Notes under the pieces: model-generated
What the model was told of the DNA's origin: nothing
The model's input: only the letters and a program-made list of their open reading frames with translations
Databases searched by the model: none
Shown here: positions 9,260 to 18,895 of the stretch, in pieces
How positions within the stretch are numbered: position 1 is the first letter of the stretch
Layout of the letters: each line of letters starts with the position of its first letter
Position numbers and translations under genes: made by a program
NCBI GenBank assembly: GCA_003151495.1
Contig: PLXR01000042.1
Span: 84,523 to 148,522 of the forward strand
Direction: 5' to 3'
Source of the DNA: Opitutaceae bacterium
Lineage (GTDB): Bacteria; Verrucomicrobiota; Verrucomicrobiia; Opitutales; Opitutaceae
DNA length: 64,000 bases

Positions 9260-10123
9260 TCAGGTCCTGGCAGCGGCGTAGGCGGCGACGGCCGCCTTCC
9301 ACCGCTTCTCGATGATCGCGCGGAGGACCTTTGCGTCCTCCCAGCTGTTGGGCAGCTGCTCGAGGTTGTAGCCCCCTCGGACGGGCCCCATCTCGGGGCA
9401 GGCGAAGAAATCGCGGTCCCTCTGGTTCACCGCAAGCCAGGTCTCAAGGGTCTTGTCCAGGACAGGGAGCCACTGGACGAACTCGTGGGAAAGGCCCCTG
9501 CCGGCGCGGGTCACCGGGACCTGGCAGTGATGGCCGTTGAAGGGCCTGAAATGGAACTGGCGGGCGTGCTGGACGAGCCTGGGCGCGGGGAAAAGGCGCT
9601 GCCAGTACGGCGGGGCGAGATGCTTCACGACACCGATGTGGGAGAGGTCCCAGGTCATCGGGAGGAGCCGGCCGGTCGCCCTCCGGTAGCCCGCGGCGAT
9701 CGCGTAGGTCTTCTCGGGGGTCTCGGTGCAGGTGTCACGGTGGACCTCGATGTCGCAGGGAACCCCGAGGTCCTCGCCGTCCGCGACGATGCGGACCGCC
9801 ATGCGCACCGCCCTGTCGACGGGCGTGTCGTGGTCGCCGAGCTGGACGTTGATGCGTAGCGCGCCCCCGTCCCTGTTGCGTTCGATCTTGGAGCGGAACT
9901 CCGAGGGGGTGGAGGAGGAGATGTAGCCCACGGTGCAGAGGCCGTGCTTCCGGGCGAGCCGCCCCTGCCTGCTGTCGAGCGCCGCCGAGAACCCGTCGAA
10001 GCCCGCCTCCCTGACGGCGGCGAGCTTCCGCTCGAGGGACCATTCCCGGCGGGCGCTCGGGTAATCCCAGAGCGACCAGAGGTTTGCGATCAGGCGGAGG
10101 CGGGGCAGCGCGGCGGGCTTCAT
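9260..10123 (-). CDS. Sugar phosphate isomerase/epimerase (xylose isomerase-like TIM barrel)
   Basis: The ATG at 10121-10123 overlaps the stop of the upstream GH127 gene (ATGA). Sequence is of the AP-endonuclease-2/xylose-isomerase-like barrel type (LAAVREAGFDGFSAAL...INVQLGDHD...). The upstream 254 codons of the ORF are a shadow. Confidence 0.7.
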   Translation of the reverse strand: MKPAALPRLRLIANLWSLWDYPSARREWSLERKLAAVREAGFDGFSAALDSRQGRLARKHGLCTVGYISSSTPSEFRSKIERNRDGGALRINVQLGDHDTPVDRAVRMAVRIVADGEDLGVPCDIEVHRDTCTETPEKTYAIAAGYRRATGRLLPMTWDLSHIGVVKHLAPPYWQRLFPAPRLVQHARQFHFRPFNGHHCQVPVTRAGRGLSHEFVQWLPVLDKTLETWLAVNQRDRDFFACPEMGPVRGGYNLEQLPNSWEDAKVLRAIIEKRWKAAVAAYAAART

Positions 10124-12096
10124 GGGGAGGCGGGAAAGGTCATGCGGCGCAGGGTGGCGGCCTCGCTGCCCATCGGGACCAGCGCCACGGCCTCGGGCTT
10201 CATGGTGTCCAGGTTCATGAGGGTGCCCTCGAGGAGGGCGGGCGGCGAATCCCACGGGTACCGGGCGTCCGCCTTCTGGTTGGGCACGAGCCGGAACGCC
10301 AGCCCCGAGGGGGCGGTCAAGTTCACGAGCGCGAAGCGGGCCTGTCCCCATGTGACCGGGGAGACCGTGTAGTCGTGGAATCCCGGGACGGGATAGTCCT
10401 TCGTGGACTGCCGGATCCCGGGGATACCGAGCGCGTAGAGCAGAGGCCCGCGCCTCAGGTAGAACTCCCCGTTGTTCGCGGGGATGGGCTGGACCGCCGC
10501 GGCGAAGGAAAGGCCGACCGTGTCGCCCTTTTGCCAGTTCTTGGACACCAGGTACCAGTCGCCGGCGCGGTGCGCCACGGCGCCCGGCGCCCTGAGGGTG
10601 ACGCTTGTCGCCCAGGAGGGGACCCGGACGTGGAGCGTGAACTCCACCGGGGAATCCGGCTCGACCCGCAGGAGGATGTCCTCCGAGAAGGGGTAGCTGG
10701 TCTCCTCCGCCAGGCGGACGCCCGTGCCGTTCACCGCCGTGCGGACGTCGCAGGGCCCGTAGAGGACCATCGCGAGCCCGTCGGGCGCCCGCATCCACAT
10801 GTTCCGGACGAAGATCGGCCCTATCTGGGTCAGATTCGGCGGGCAGCAGTTGGCGACATCCTCGTGGGCCGGCGAGAACAGGCACCGGTTCATAATGGCG
10901 CCGTCGATCTTATAGATGTTGTCCTTGGTCACGTAGTCCACCCCCGTCCCGTCCGAGAGACGCGACCCCTGCACGGAATTGTAGAAGGTGGTCTCGGCAT
11001 GGTCGGCAAGTGTGGCGCGTCCGGTCTTCTGCGCCGCGCTCAGGAGGGAGGTCATCCACTCCTTCTCGGCGCAGCCCTCGTAGCCGACCTTGTCGGGGTC
11101 TGTAGGCTTGTTGCCGATGAACTCGTCGGACACCGGGCCGCCCGACGGGGAGACGTAGGGCCACGACTTGGCGAGCGCCTGCTCGCCGGCGGCCATGAGC
11201 ACCGGGTCCCCGGTGACGTAGCCCGCCCAGATGGGGACGCGCAGGCACTCATAGGTCGTCGCCCCGTGGCCCATGAAGGGCCGGTCCTGGGCCAGGAGGC
11301 TCGCGATCGTGACGTCGATCTTGGGGTCCACGTCCCTGCTGTAGTCCCGGTAGAGGTAGACCCCGAAGTCGCGGTAGGCCCTGTCGCCCGTCAGGTCGTA
11401 GAGGCGCTCGGCGACGTCGACGTACATCAGGTTGTGGTTCATGGTGCCCGGGCCGTAGGGGTCCGTCTTTCCCTCCCCGTAGTGGCTCATCGTGAGCCGG
11501 GCGGAGCGCTCGACCGCGCTGAGCACCTCGGGCTTCCCCGTCGCCTCGTAGTAGGCGATCAGCCCGCGCAGGATGGTCGTCTGCGTCCAGAGCTCGCCGT
11601 TGTCCAGGTTGCCCGCCGGGAAGCGAAGCGTGGGCCCGTAGATCCCCAGGTAGCCGTCGGGATCCTGGGTCGCCAGGAGCGCGGCCACCCGCGTGTCCGC
11701 CTCGGCGCGGAGCTCGGGGACGCCCGTCAGGACCGCCATCATCGTGTTGCCGCTCCTCCAGTTGCCCTCGGTCTCGCCGGGCCACCACATGCCCTCGGCC
11801 CCGCCCCAGCTCCCGCCGCCCGCGTTCTGGTAGTGCTCGGGCGTGTTGCGGTTGACCCCGAAGATCTGGGAGCCGGCCGTCTTGGGCGCGATCTCGGGAA
11901 GGTGCCCCGCGAACCCGGACCTGAGGTCGCGGATCATCTGCTCCCGGATCCAGCCGCCGGGCATCACCTCGCCGAAGCGCAGGAGCCGGAACTGGGGCTC
12001 GACCCCGTAGTCGGCGGGCGCGGACACAGCCCCCCTCGAGGGGGCGGGTGCCGTGAGGAGTCCGCCTGCCAGGATCAGGAACGTCGTCGCGCGCAT
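10120..12096 (-). CDS. GH127 family beta-L-arabinofuranosidase-like protein (DUF1680)
   Basis: E-x-C (YEGCAEKE) and the CCPPN motif match the Zn/Cys catalytic site known for GH127 HypBA1. Signal-like N-terminus MRATTFLILAGGLLTAPAPS from the ATG at 12094-12096. Confidence 0.82.
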   Translation of the reverse strand: MRATTFLILAGGLLTAPAPSRGAVSAPADYGVEPQFRLLRFGEVMPGGWIREQMIRDLRSGFAGHLPEIAPKTAGSQIFGVNRNTPEHYQNAGGGSWGGAEGMWWPGETEGNWRSGNTMMAVLTGVPELRAEADTRVAALLATQDPDGYLGIYGPTLRFPAGNLDNGELWTQTTILRGLIAYYEATGKPEVLSAVERSARLTMSHYGEGKTDPYGPGTMNHNLMYVDVAERLYDLTGDRAYRDFGVYLYRDYSRDVDPKIDVTIASLLAQDRPFMGHGATTYECLRVPIWAGYVTGDPVLMAAGEQALAKSWPYVSPSGGPVSDEFIGNKPTDPDKVGYEGCAEKEWMTSLLSAAQKTGRATLADHAETTFYNSVQGSRLSDGTGVDYVTKDNIYKIDGAIMNRCLFSPAHEDVANCCPPNLTQIGPIFVRNMWMRAPDGLAMVLYGPCDVRTAVNGTGVRLAEETSYPFSEDILLRVEPDSPVEFTLHVRVPSWATSVTLRAPGAVAHRAGDWYLVSKNWQKGDTVGLSFAAAVQPIPANNGEFYLRRGPLLYALGIPGIRQSTKDYPVPGFHDYTVSPVTWGQARFALVNLTAPSGLAFRLVPNQKADARYPWDSPPALLEGTLMNLDTMKPEAVALVPMGSEAATLRRMTFPASP

Positions 12097-12210
12097 GAAC
12101 CCCAGGATAGGGGAAATTCCACGCGCGTCCAATCCCGCGTGGGGCCCGGTGTGCGGGGTTTCATCGGGGGAGGTCCGGTCGTCCTGGGTCATCATGGGTT
12201 TCATGCGGGT

Positions 12211-14505
12211 TCAGAATTCATCATAGGCCACCTGGCTCGGCGAGACCCCGGCCTCGGCCAGCATCTTGAGGCAGGCCCTGATCATCATCGGCGGGCCGCA
12301 CAGGTAGAATTCCACGGCCCTGGGATTCGGGTGTCCGCGGAGGAGCCGCTCCCGGACCACCTCGTGGATGAACCCGACGTCCCCCTTCCAGTCGTCCCCC
12401 GGAAGCGGCGAGGAGAGCGCGAGGTGGAACGAGAAGTTCGGGTGGGCCTCGGCAAGGCCCTCGAAATATCCCCCGTAGAAGATCTCCTGGCGCGAGCGCG
12501 CCCCGTACCAGTAGCTGACCCTGCGGGCCGTCCCCTCGGTCTCCAGGAGATGCGAGAGGTGGGAGCGCAGCGGGGCCATCCCGGCCCCGCCCCCGATGTA
12601 GACCATCTCCTTGCCCGTCGGCTTCACGTGGAAGTCCCCGAAGGGCCCTATCGCCGTCACGGTGTCGCCGGGCTTTAGGTTGAAGACATAGGACGAACCG
12701 ACCCCGGGGGGGCAGTCCTGGCCCGGGGGGGGCGTCGCGATCCGCACGTTGAAACGCAGGAGGCGCTCCGTCGCGGGGTTGTTCGCCATCGAGTAGTTGT
12801 TGCGCCTTCCCGGGGCGGTGTTGCGGGAGGCGAGGTCGAAGAGGTGGTGCGTCCTCCATACGGAGGCGTAGGGCTCCGGTATGTCGAACCCGTCGAACCG
12901 GATCAGGTCGTAGGCGGGGATGTCGACCTGGAGGTAGTCCCCGGGGGTGAAGGCGATCCTCTCGGCCGGGTCGGCGGCCTCGAGCACGAGCTCCTTGATG
13001 AAGGTCGACACGCAGGCGTTGCTCACGACCCGCAGCGCGAAGGTCCGCGGCGCCCTCATGCCGGACCCGCCGGGCTTCAGGACGTTCATGTGGATCCGGC
13101 CGGAGCGCTCCTCGATCGGGTAGGTGGCGAGGCCGCGGCAGATGGGGGTGCGCGCCGGGGACCCGTCGGCGAGGTTGAATCGGCCGTTGTGCTTCGGGCA
13201 CTCGATGATCCCCCCCTTGACCAGCCCGTCGGACAGGTGGGTGTTCCCGTGGGTGCACATGCCGTCGATCGCGAAGAGCCGGCCGTTCTCGTCGCGGCAG
13301 AGGGCGTAGCTCTTCCTCCCGTGGTCGAAGCGGATCACGTCGGCCGGCGCGAGGTCGGCGGAAGCGCAGACCTCTATCCACCCCTGGGCGTCCGGCGCGG
13401 CGTCCCCGACCCGCGCCGTGCCCGGGTCGGGCCTCCGGGACCTCGGCTCGGGAAGTTTCCGCTTCACGCAGTACGACGGGTCCCTCACCTGCCTCAGGAG
13501 GGAGGGGACGATCTCGCGCCACGCCGCGAGGATGCCCGGGTAGGGCGTCGGCATGTCGTCCTTCACGACCTCGTGCAGGCGGGGGAGCGCGTGGTAGGGG
13601 ACCAGCGGGAACATGTGGTGCTCCACGTGGTAGTTCATGTTCCAGTAGAGGTACCGGTGGACGAGGTTCATGCGCACCGTCCTGCAGTTGAGCCGGTGGT
13701 CGAGGACGTTCTCGGCGAGCCCCGCGTGCTGGGTCAGCCCGTAGACCACCATGAGCCACGCGCCATAGATGTTGACGAGGCCCACGTACATGAGGGGCAG
13801 GATGCTCCGGGTCGCGACCGCGAGCCCGACCACGCCCGCGTAGATCAGCAGGCAGACGCGGGCCTTGCGGTATATCTTCGGGAATTCGGTCGGCGGGATG
13901 AACGTCCTCTCGTCGTCACCCATCCGTCCGAACGAGTGCATCACGATGTGCTTGAAATACTTCGGGTAGACCGGGAGGTTGAAGAAGCCCAGGATGATCA
14001 TCCCCAGGTTCGGGGGCCGGGGCACGGCGATCTCGGGGTCGCGGCCGACGATGATCGTGTCGCTATGGTGGCGGGTGTGGCTCCACCGCCACACGGTCGA
14101 CTCGCGCATCACCATGAAGGACGCGATCTCATAGAGCGCGATGTTCATCCAGTCGGTCCTGAAGGCCGTGCCGTGCCCGGCCTCGTGCCAGCGAGAATCG
14201 GAGGTGGTGGCGTAGAGCATGCCGTAGACCGCGAAGGGCAGGATGGCCCACCACGATCCCCAGAGGGCGTACCCCGCGCAGCCCGACCCGAGGATGAGGG
14301 CGAACCAGAGGATCGTGTCGCGCAGCGCCGGGCCGTTGCGCCGCTCGAGGAGCCTCCGCATCACGGGACGCGGGACGGGGGACTGGTACCAGTCGGCCTC
14401 GGCGAGGCCCGCCTCGACGGCGCGGGCCGCGTTCACGCCGACCAGGCTGTAGTCCAGCGTGGCGGGCGGGGGCGTGAGCACCGGGGATCCTGGGTTCTCG
14501 CTCAT
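12211..14505 (-). CDS. Fusion protein: membrane fatty-acid-desaturase-type di-iron domain + Rieske [2Fe-2S] domain + NqrF-like FAD/NAD(P)H reductase domain
   Basis: His boxes HEAGH, HTRHH and HVEHH. Rieske ligands CTHGN...CPKHNG. The reductase part (RNNYSMAN, GPFGDF, YIGGGAGMAP, WYGARS, CGPPMM) closely resembles the NqrF/FNR fold. Single uninterrupted frame. The ATG at 14503-14505 was chosen 13 nt downstream of the preceding stop. Confidence 0.88.
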   Translation of the reverse strand: MSENPGSPVLTPPPATLDYSLVGVNAARAVEAGLAEADWYQSPVPRPVMRRLLERRNGPALRDTILWFALILGSGCAGYALWGSWWAILPFAVYGMLYATTSDSRWHEAGHGTAFRTDWMNIALYEIASFMVMRESTVWRWSHTRHHSDTIIVGRDPEIAVPRPPNLGMIILGFFNLPVYPKYFKHIVMHSFGRMGDDERTFIPPTEFPKIYRKARVCLLIYAGVVGLAVATRSILPLMYVGLVNIYGAWLMVVYGLTQHAGLAENVLDHRLNCRTVRMNLVHRYLYWNMNYHVEHHMFPLVPYHALPRLHEVVKDDMPTPYPGILAAWREIVPSLLRQVRDPSYCVKRKLPEPRSRRPDPGTARVGDAAPDAQGWIEVCASADLAPADVIRFDHGRKSYALCRDENGRLFAIDGMCTHGNTHLSDGLVKGGIIECPKHNGRFNLADGSPARTPICRGLATYPIEERSGRIHMNVLKPGGSGMRAPRTFALRVVSNACVSTFIKELVLEAADPAERIAFTPGDYLQVDIPAYDLIRFDGFDIPEPYASVWRTHHLFDLASRNTAPGRRNNYSMANNPATERLLRFNVRIATPPPGQDCPPGVGSSYVFNLKPGDTVTAIGPFGDFHVKPTGKEMVYIGGGAGMAPLRSHLSHLLETEGTARRVSYWYGARSRQEIFYGGYFEGLAEAHPNFSFHLALSSPLPGDDWKGDVGFIHEVVRERLLRGHPNPRAVEFYLCGPPMMIRACLKMLAEAGVSPSQVAYDEF

Positions 14506-14518
14506 CGCGGGGGCGGGG

Positions 14519-15922
14519 TCAGGTGTTCCAGCCTCGCTCGATCTCCTCGAGCGTCCTGCCCTTCGTCTCGGGGACGAACCTCCAGACGACAAGGATCAGC
14601 ACGGCGCAGAACGCCGTGTACACGTAGAACGGGAACGCATGGTGGAAGTGCTGGACGAACCACGAGCCCTTAGCGTCCATGAGCGGGAAGGACTGCGTCA
14701 CGAGGTAGTCGGCTGTCCACAGGAAGAAGGTCGCGAGCCCGAGCGCCCTGCCGCGCACGGGGGTGGGGAAGATCTCGACCAGGATGACCCATGTCACGGG
14801 CCCGACCGAGAGGCCGAAGGCGGCGATGTAGACCAGGATGAAGGCCAGCATCCACCCGCCGGTCGACGCCGGGTCGGCCACCGACTGCGCCATGACGCCC
14901 ATCGCGAGGAGGGCCAGGCCCATCCCGGCCGTCCCGAGGAGCATGAGCGGCCTTCGGCCCCACCGGTCGACCGAGGCGATCGCGACCAGCGTGAAGATGA
15001 CGCCGGAGCCGTTGATGATCACCTGCTGGAGGAGGCCCGCGTCGACGCCGGTCGAGGCGGAGAGGCTCCTGAAGATGGTGGCGCCGAAGTACATGAAGAC
15101 GTTGATGCCCGTGACCTGCTGGAGGACGGCGAGCGCGATGCCGAGGACGAGCGGCCTCCGGAGGGTGGGGGAGAAGAGATCGACGTGCAGCGCCTCGTCC
15201 CTCGCGATGGCCTCCCTGATCTCCGAGCTCTCCGACTCGCAGAACCCTGCGCCGCCCACGCTCGTGAGGACCGACCGGGCCTCGGACTCGCGCCTCATCT
15301 CGATCAGCCAGCGGGGGCTCTCGGGGATGCGCAGGAGCAGGACGGCGAAGAGCGCGGCGGGCGCGATGCCCGTCGCGAACATCCAGCGCCATCCCGTCGC
15401 GATGAGCCACGCCTGGTCGCCGTGGCCGGCGATGAAGTAGTTTATGAAGGACGTCGCGGCGATCCCGCAGACGATCGCGATCTGGTTCACCGCGACCAGG
15501 CGCCCCCGGACCCCGGCGGGGGTGATCTCGGCGATGTACATGGGCGTCGCGATCGAGGCGATCCCGATGCCGACCCCGCCCAGGAACCGGAAGAGGATGA
15601 AGGTCCAGATCTCGCTTGGGAGCGCGGTGCCGATCGCCGAGGCGAAGAACATGGCGGCCGAGAGGAAGAGCGGGAGCCTGCGGCCGAACCGGTCGGAGAG
15701 GGCCCCGACGAAGACCACGCCGGTGGCGCACCCGATCAGGACGCAGCCCGACACCCAGCCCTTCATGAGCGCGCCGAGGCCGAACCTCGCGGTCAGCGGC
15801 TCGATCGCTCCCGAGATGACGCCCGTGTCGTAGCCGAAGAGCAGCCCCCCGAGGGCCGCCACGAGGCAGATCGGCAGCAGGTACCGGAAATTGACGGTGA
15901 CCGGCGGTTGGGGCTCGTGCAT
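14519..15922 (-). CDS. MFS sugar porter family transporter (sugar:H+ symporter)
   Basis: GGLLFGYDTGVISGA, DRFGRR and PESPRWL sugar-porter signatures with a 12-TM profile. ATG at 15920-15922. Confidence 0.92.
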   Translation of the reverse strand: MHEPQPPVTVNFRYLLPICLVAALGGLLFGYDTGVISGAIEPLTARFGLGALMKGWVSGCVLIGCATGVVFVGALSDRFGRRLPLFLSAAMFFASAIGTALPSEIWTFILFRFLGGVGIGIASIATPMYIAEITPAGVRGRLVAVNQIAIVCGIAATSFINYFIAGHGDQAWLIATGWRWMFATGIAPAALFAVLLLRIPESPRWLIEMRRESEARSVLTSVGGAGFCESESSEIREAIARDEALHVDLFSPTLRRPLVLGIALAVLQQVTGINVFMYFGATIFRSLSASTGVDAGLLQQVIINGSGVIFTLVAIASVDRWGRRPLMLLGTAGMGLALLAMGVMAQSVADPASTGGWMLAFILVYIAAFGLSVGPVTWVILVEIFPTPVRGRALGLATFFLWTADYLVTQSFPLMDAKGSWFVQHFHHAFPFYVYTAFCAVLILVVWRFVPETKGRTLEEIERGWNT

Positions 15923-15965
15923 CGCGGGGTGGGGTGTCGGCGTGGCGCCGGGGGCGGAGCCCCCC

Positions 15966-17258
15966 TCACCACCAGGATCGTCCGACGTAGGCGGGCTTCG
16001 GAAGATCCCAGCTGGGGGCGGAGGGGGCAAGCTTGGCAAGCACGTCGGCGAGCAGCGGCGAGCCGGCCGGGGGCTCGCCCAGGTCCGGGACGGCCATCAG
16101 CTCGCCGTCGCGAAGGGCCGACGCGTGGGCGATGATGCCGGGGACGTTGTAGCGCGCGGCCGCCCACACGTGGTTGGGCGGGAGCGTGCCGGTCGTGCAG
16201 GCGCGCACGAAGTCGTCCACGAGGAAGAGGTGGGAGCCGTGGTGGCCGGTCGGCATCACGGCCAGCTCGGGGGGAAGGCGCCAGGTGGGGTGCACGGGCG
16301 CCATGCCCGAGTGGAAGTCGTGCTGGGTCCCGTCCTTGCCCTCCGCGTCGGCGCCGTTCCCGGCGGCGGCGCGGCTGCAGCGCAGGAGGTCGTTCAGGGG
16401 CGTCACCTCGCGGGCCCGGTTCACCCAGACATCCCCCTCGGGCTGCTCCTCGAAGCATCCCTCGGTGCCGAAGAGGCTCAGCCGCACGGAGCGCCCGCCC
16501 CAGTGGCCCACGCGGCGCAGCTCGTTGATCCGGGCCGAGCCCCCGTCGCTCGTGCGGAAGAGGGCGGTCTCGTTGCTGAACGCGTTGTCCCACTGGTTGA
16601 GGCCCTTCCCGAAGATGCCGTCCCCGCTCCCGTCGACCTGGCCGAGGCAGGACACGCGCGTCATGTGGGCGCCGGTCACGCTGACGATCATGCTCATCGT
16701 GTGGGTCGGGTAGAGCATGGGCGGGACCCCCGCCGTCCTCTTCCAGTCGGGTCCGCCGCTGTACTGGAAGGCCTGGTAGAACCCGTGGGACATGTCGTGC
16801 ATGTACTCGCCCTCGCCGTAGACGAACCGGCCGAAATTGCCCCGCCTCCACATCTCCCGGCAGAAGATCGCCGAGGGGTAGTAGTAGCTGGTCTCGCCCA
16901 GCATGTAGGTGAGCCCCGTGCGCTTCACGGTCTCGACCAGCTCGCCCAGGTCCTCGACCGTCACGCCCGCGGGGACCGACGAGTACACGTGCTTGCCGGC
17001 CTTGAGCGCCGCGATCGCCTGCCGCCCGTGCATCCAGCGCTGGGTGAAGATGGCGACCGCGTCGCAGTCGCTCGCGAGGAGCTCCTCCATCGAGGCGTAG
17101 GTCTCCGTGACGCCGGCGAGGGACGCCTCGCTCCTGAGCCGCTCGGGAAGCAGCTCGGCCATCGAGACCCCGCGCACCTGCGGGTGCGCCTTGAAGAGGG
17201 GCGCGAACGCTCGGGCAAAGCTCCCTGCGCCCAGGATTCCGACCTTAATGGGCTTCAT
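15966..17258 (-). CDS. Gfo/Idh/MocA family oxidoreductase
   Basis: N-terminal Rossmann MKPIKVGILGAGSFARAF with a typical length of 430 aa. The 805-aa ORF's upstream portion overlaps the next gene in another frame and was rejected. Confidence 0.88.
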   Translation of the reverse strand: MKPIKVGILGAGSFARAFAPLFKAHPQVRGVSMAELLPERLRSEASLAGVTETYASMEELLASDCDAVAIFTQRWMHGRQAIAALKAGKHVYSSVPAGVTVEDLGELVETVKRTGLTYMLGETSYYYPSAIFCREMWRRGNFGRFVYGEGEYMHDMSHGFYQAFQYSGGPDWKRTAGVPPMLYPTHTMSMIVSVTGAHMTRVSCLGQVDGSGDGIFGKGLNQWDNAFSNETALFRTSDGGSARINELRRVGHWGGRSVRLSLFGTEGCFEEQPEGDVWVNRAREVTPLNDLLRCSRAAAGNGADAEGKDGTQHDFHSGMAPVHPTWRLPPELAVMPTGHHGSHLFLVDDFVRACTTGTLPPNHVWAAARYNVPGIIAHASALRDGELMAVPDLGEPPAGSPLLADVLAKLAPSAPSWDLPKPAYVGRSWW

Positions 17259-17410
17259 GGGCGGGGCTGCGGCCGTGGGACTTGGGCATCGCGGCGAGTA
17301 TAGGTCGATTCCCTCCCGGTTGCCTCCTACCCAGCGGCGAAGGTCTCCCGAAAAATAAGGTCCCCCCCGCCGTGTTACGTTCCCGTGGCACGGCGCGGGA
17401 GCCGGGCCGC

Positions 17411-18439
17411 CTACTTCCCGACGGGATCCGGTCCCTTTGGGAGGAAGTCGAAGCTGACGAATTTCTCGAGGGGGACGGGCGCGTCGAGCAGCTTGAGCTC
17501 GACCAGGGTGCCGACGATCTCCCTCATCCGCCCCGGAGTGATCTGCCCCATCCGCTCGCCGCGGGCCGGGTCTCCCTCGACGAGCTGGTAGCGCTTCATC
17601 GCCGCGATCGAGTAGTCCATGAGCGCCGGCGACTGGGAGGGGTTCTCGGCCTGGATCCTCGCGCGTGCCTGGGCGGCGTCGCCGTGGAGGTACTCGGTGT
17701 AGCCGCGGATGGTCGCGGCGACGAAGCCCCGGACCGCGTCCGGGTGCCTCTCCGCGAAGGCGCGGCTCGTGAAGATCACCCGGTAGGGGTCGTAGCCCCC
17801 GCCCGCGATCAGGAGCGCGCGGGTCTTCACCCCGTTCAGCTCGGCGAAGTAGGGCTCGTTCGTGATGAAGCACTGCTGGATGAACTCCCTGTTGGTCATG
17901 AACCGCCCGACGCCGTAGTCCATCGGGATGATGCTGAAGGAGACCCCGTAGTGCCTCTGCACGAAGTCGATCCAGTGGGCACCGGGGCCCCCCATGACGG
18001 TCTTCCCGTCCAGGTCCTTGAAGGTCCTCACGGAGCCGTCCTCGTGCATCATGATGGCCTGGGGGTCGTGCTGCATCTGGGCGCAGACGATCAGGAGCGG
18101 CAGGCCCTGGTTCACGGCGAGGATCACGTCGTCGCACCGCCCCATTGCGAATTCCATGCGGCCGGTCCCGACCGCGGGGAGCGGGTAGACGACGGGGCCG
18201 CCCGCGAGGATCGTGACGTCCAGGCCGGCGTCCCGGTAGTAGTTCTTCACGAGCGCCTGGAAGTGGCCCCCGTGCTCCGGTGAGGGGTACCAGTCGAGCT
18301 GGAACCCCACCTTCATGGGCGGCTTTCCCCCGCCGGAATCCGCGCCGGCGGAGGGCTTCGCGGCCTCCGGCTGCCGGCTGCATCCCGCGGCGAGCGCGGC
18401 CGCGAGAAGAAGGAGGCGCAGGCAGTGGCGTGCGGGCAT
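17411..18439 (-). CDS. ABC-type substrate-binding lipoprotein, NMT1/THI5-like (NitT/TauT family)
   Basis: Signal/lipobox MPARHCLRLLLLAAALAAGCS. Body of periplasmic binding protein type (VGFQLDWYPSPEHGGHF...). Confidence 0.8.
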   Translation of the reverse strand: MPARHCLRLLLLAAALAAGCSRQPEAAKPSAGADSGGGKPPMKVGFQLDWYPSPEHGGHFQALVKNYYRDAGLDVTILAGGPVVYPLPAVGTGRMEFAMGRCDDVILAVNQGLPLLIVCAQMQHDPQAIMMHEDGSVRTFKDLDGKTVMGGPGAHWIDFVQRHYGVSFSIIPMDYGVGRFMTNREFIQQCFITNEPYFAELNGVKTRALLIAGGGYDPYRVIFTSRAFAERHPDAVRGFVAATIRGYTEYLHGDAAQARARIQAENPSQSPALMDYSIAAMKRYQLVEGDPARGERMGQITPGRMREIVGTLVELKLLDAPVPLEKFVSFDFLPKGPDPVGK

Positions 18440-18458
18440 TTCGGTTGTGTCCACGAAC

Positions 18459-18863
18459 CTAGGTCCTGTCCTCATTCCAATCCTTTTGTTCCTTAATCAC
18501 CTGGAGGACCAGGGGCACCGTCGCGGAGCGGGGATTCGCCGCGACGACGGGGCTCATGAAGGTGCGGTAGAGCGCGGTCGCCAGGGACGGCGGGAGCGGG
18601 GTCCCCGCCGGCGGTCCCGCGGGCGCCGCGCCCGCCCGGACCAGGTCGGGAAGGAAGGACTGGAGGAACGCCAGCGCCATCCACAATTTCCTGCAGTTCT
18701 CGGCCCTGGCGGGATTGCCCGCCTGCACCCGGTCGAAGTATTCGGACACCCGGGGAAGGTCGCCCGCGGACAGTTCTCCCCTCGAGAACCAATGTTCGAG
18801 GTCCCGGCTCCAGTCCTCCGGCGGATAGAGCTTTTCAACTTCGTTGGCTGAGGGCGTGGCCAT
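18459..18863 (-). CDS. Hypothetical protein
   Basis: 134-aa ORF with non-shadow-like composition (MATPSANEVEKLYPPEDWSRDLEHWF...), heading the co-directional cluster. No family recognised. Confidence 0.5.
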   Translation of the reverse strand: MATPSANEVEKLYPPEDWSRDLEHWFSRGELSAGDLPRVSEYFDRVQAGNPARAENCRKLWMALAFLQSFLPDLVRAGAAPAGPPAGTPLPPSLATALYRTFMSPVVAANPRSATVPLVLQVIKEQKDWNEDRT

Positions 18864-18895
18864 GCAGCTTTCGGTTTTGCCGCGTCTTGTAGCGA

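Noticed and set aside
10084-12678. 864-aa plus-strand ORF.
   Set aside because: It is antisense to the GH127 gene and the 3' end of the desaturase fusion. It has extreme Arg/Gly/Pro/Val composition and no motifs. High-GC antisense artefact.
17259-18383. N-terminal extension of the 805-aa ORF containing the Gfo/Idh/MocA gene.
   Set aside because: It overlaps the NMT1-like binding-protein gene in a different frame and is Arg/Pro/Gly-rich. The Rossmann fold begins at the ATG at 17258.
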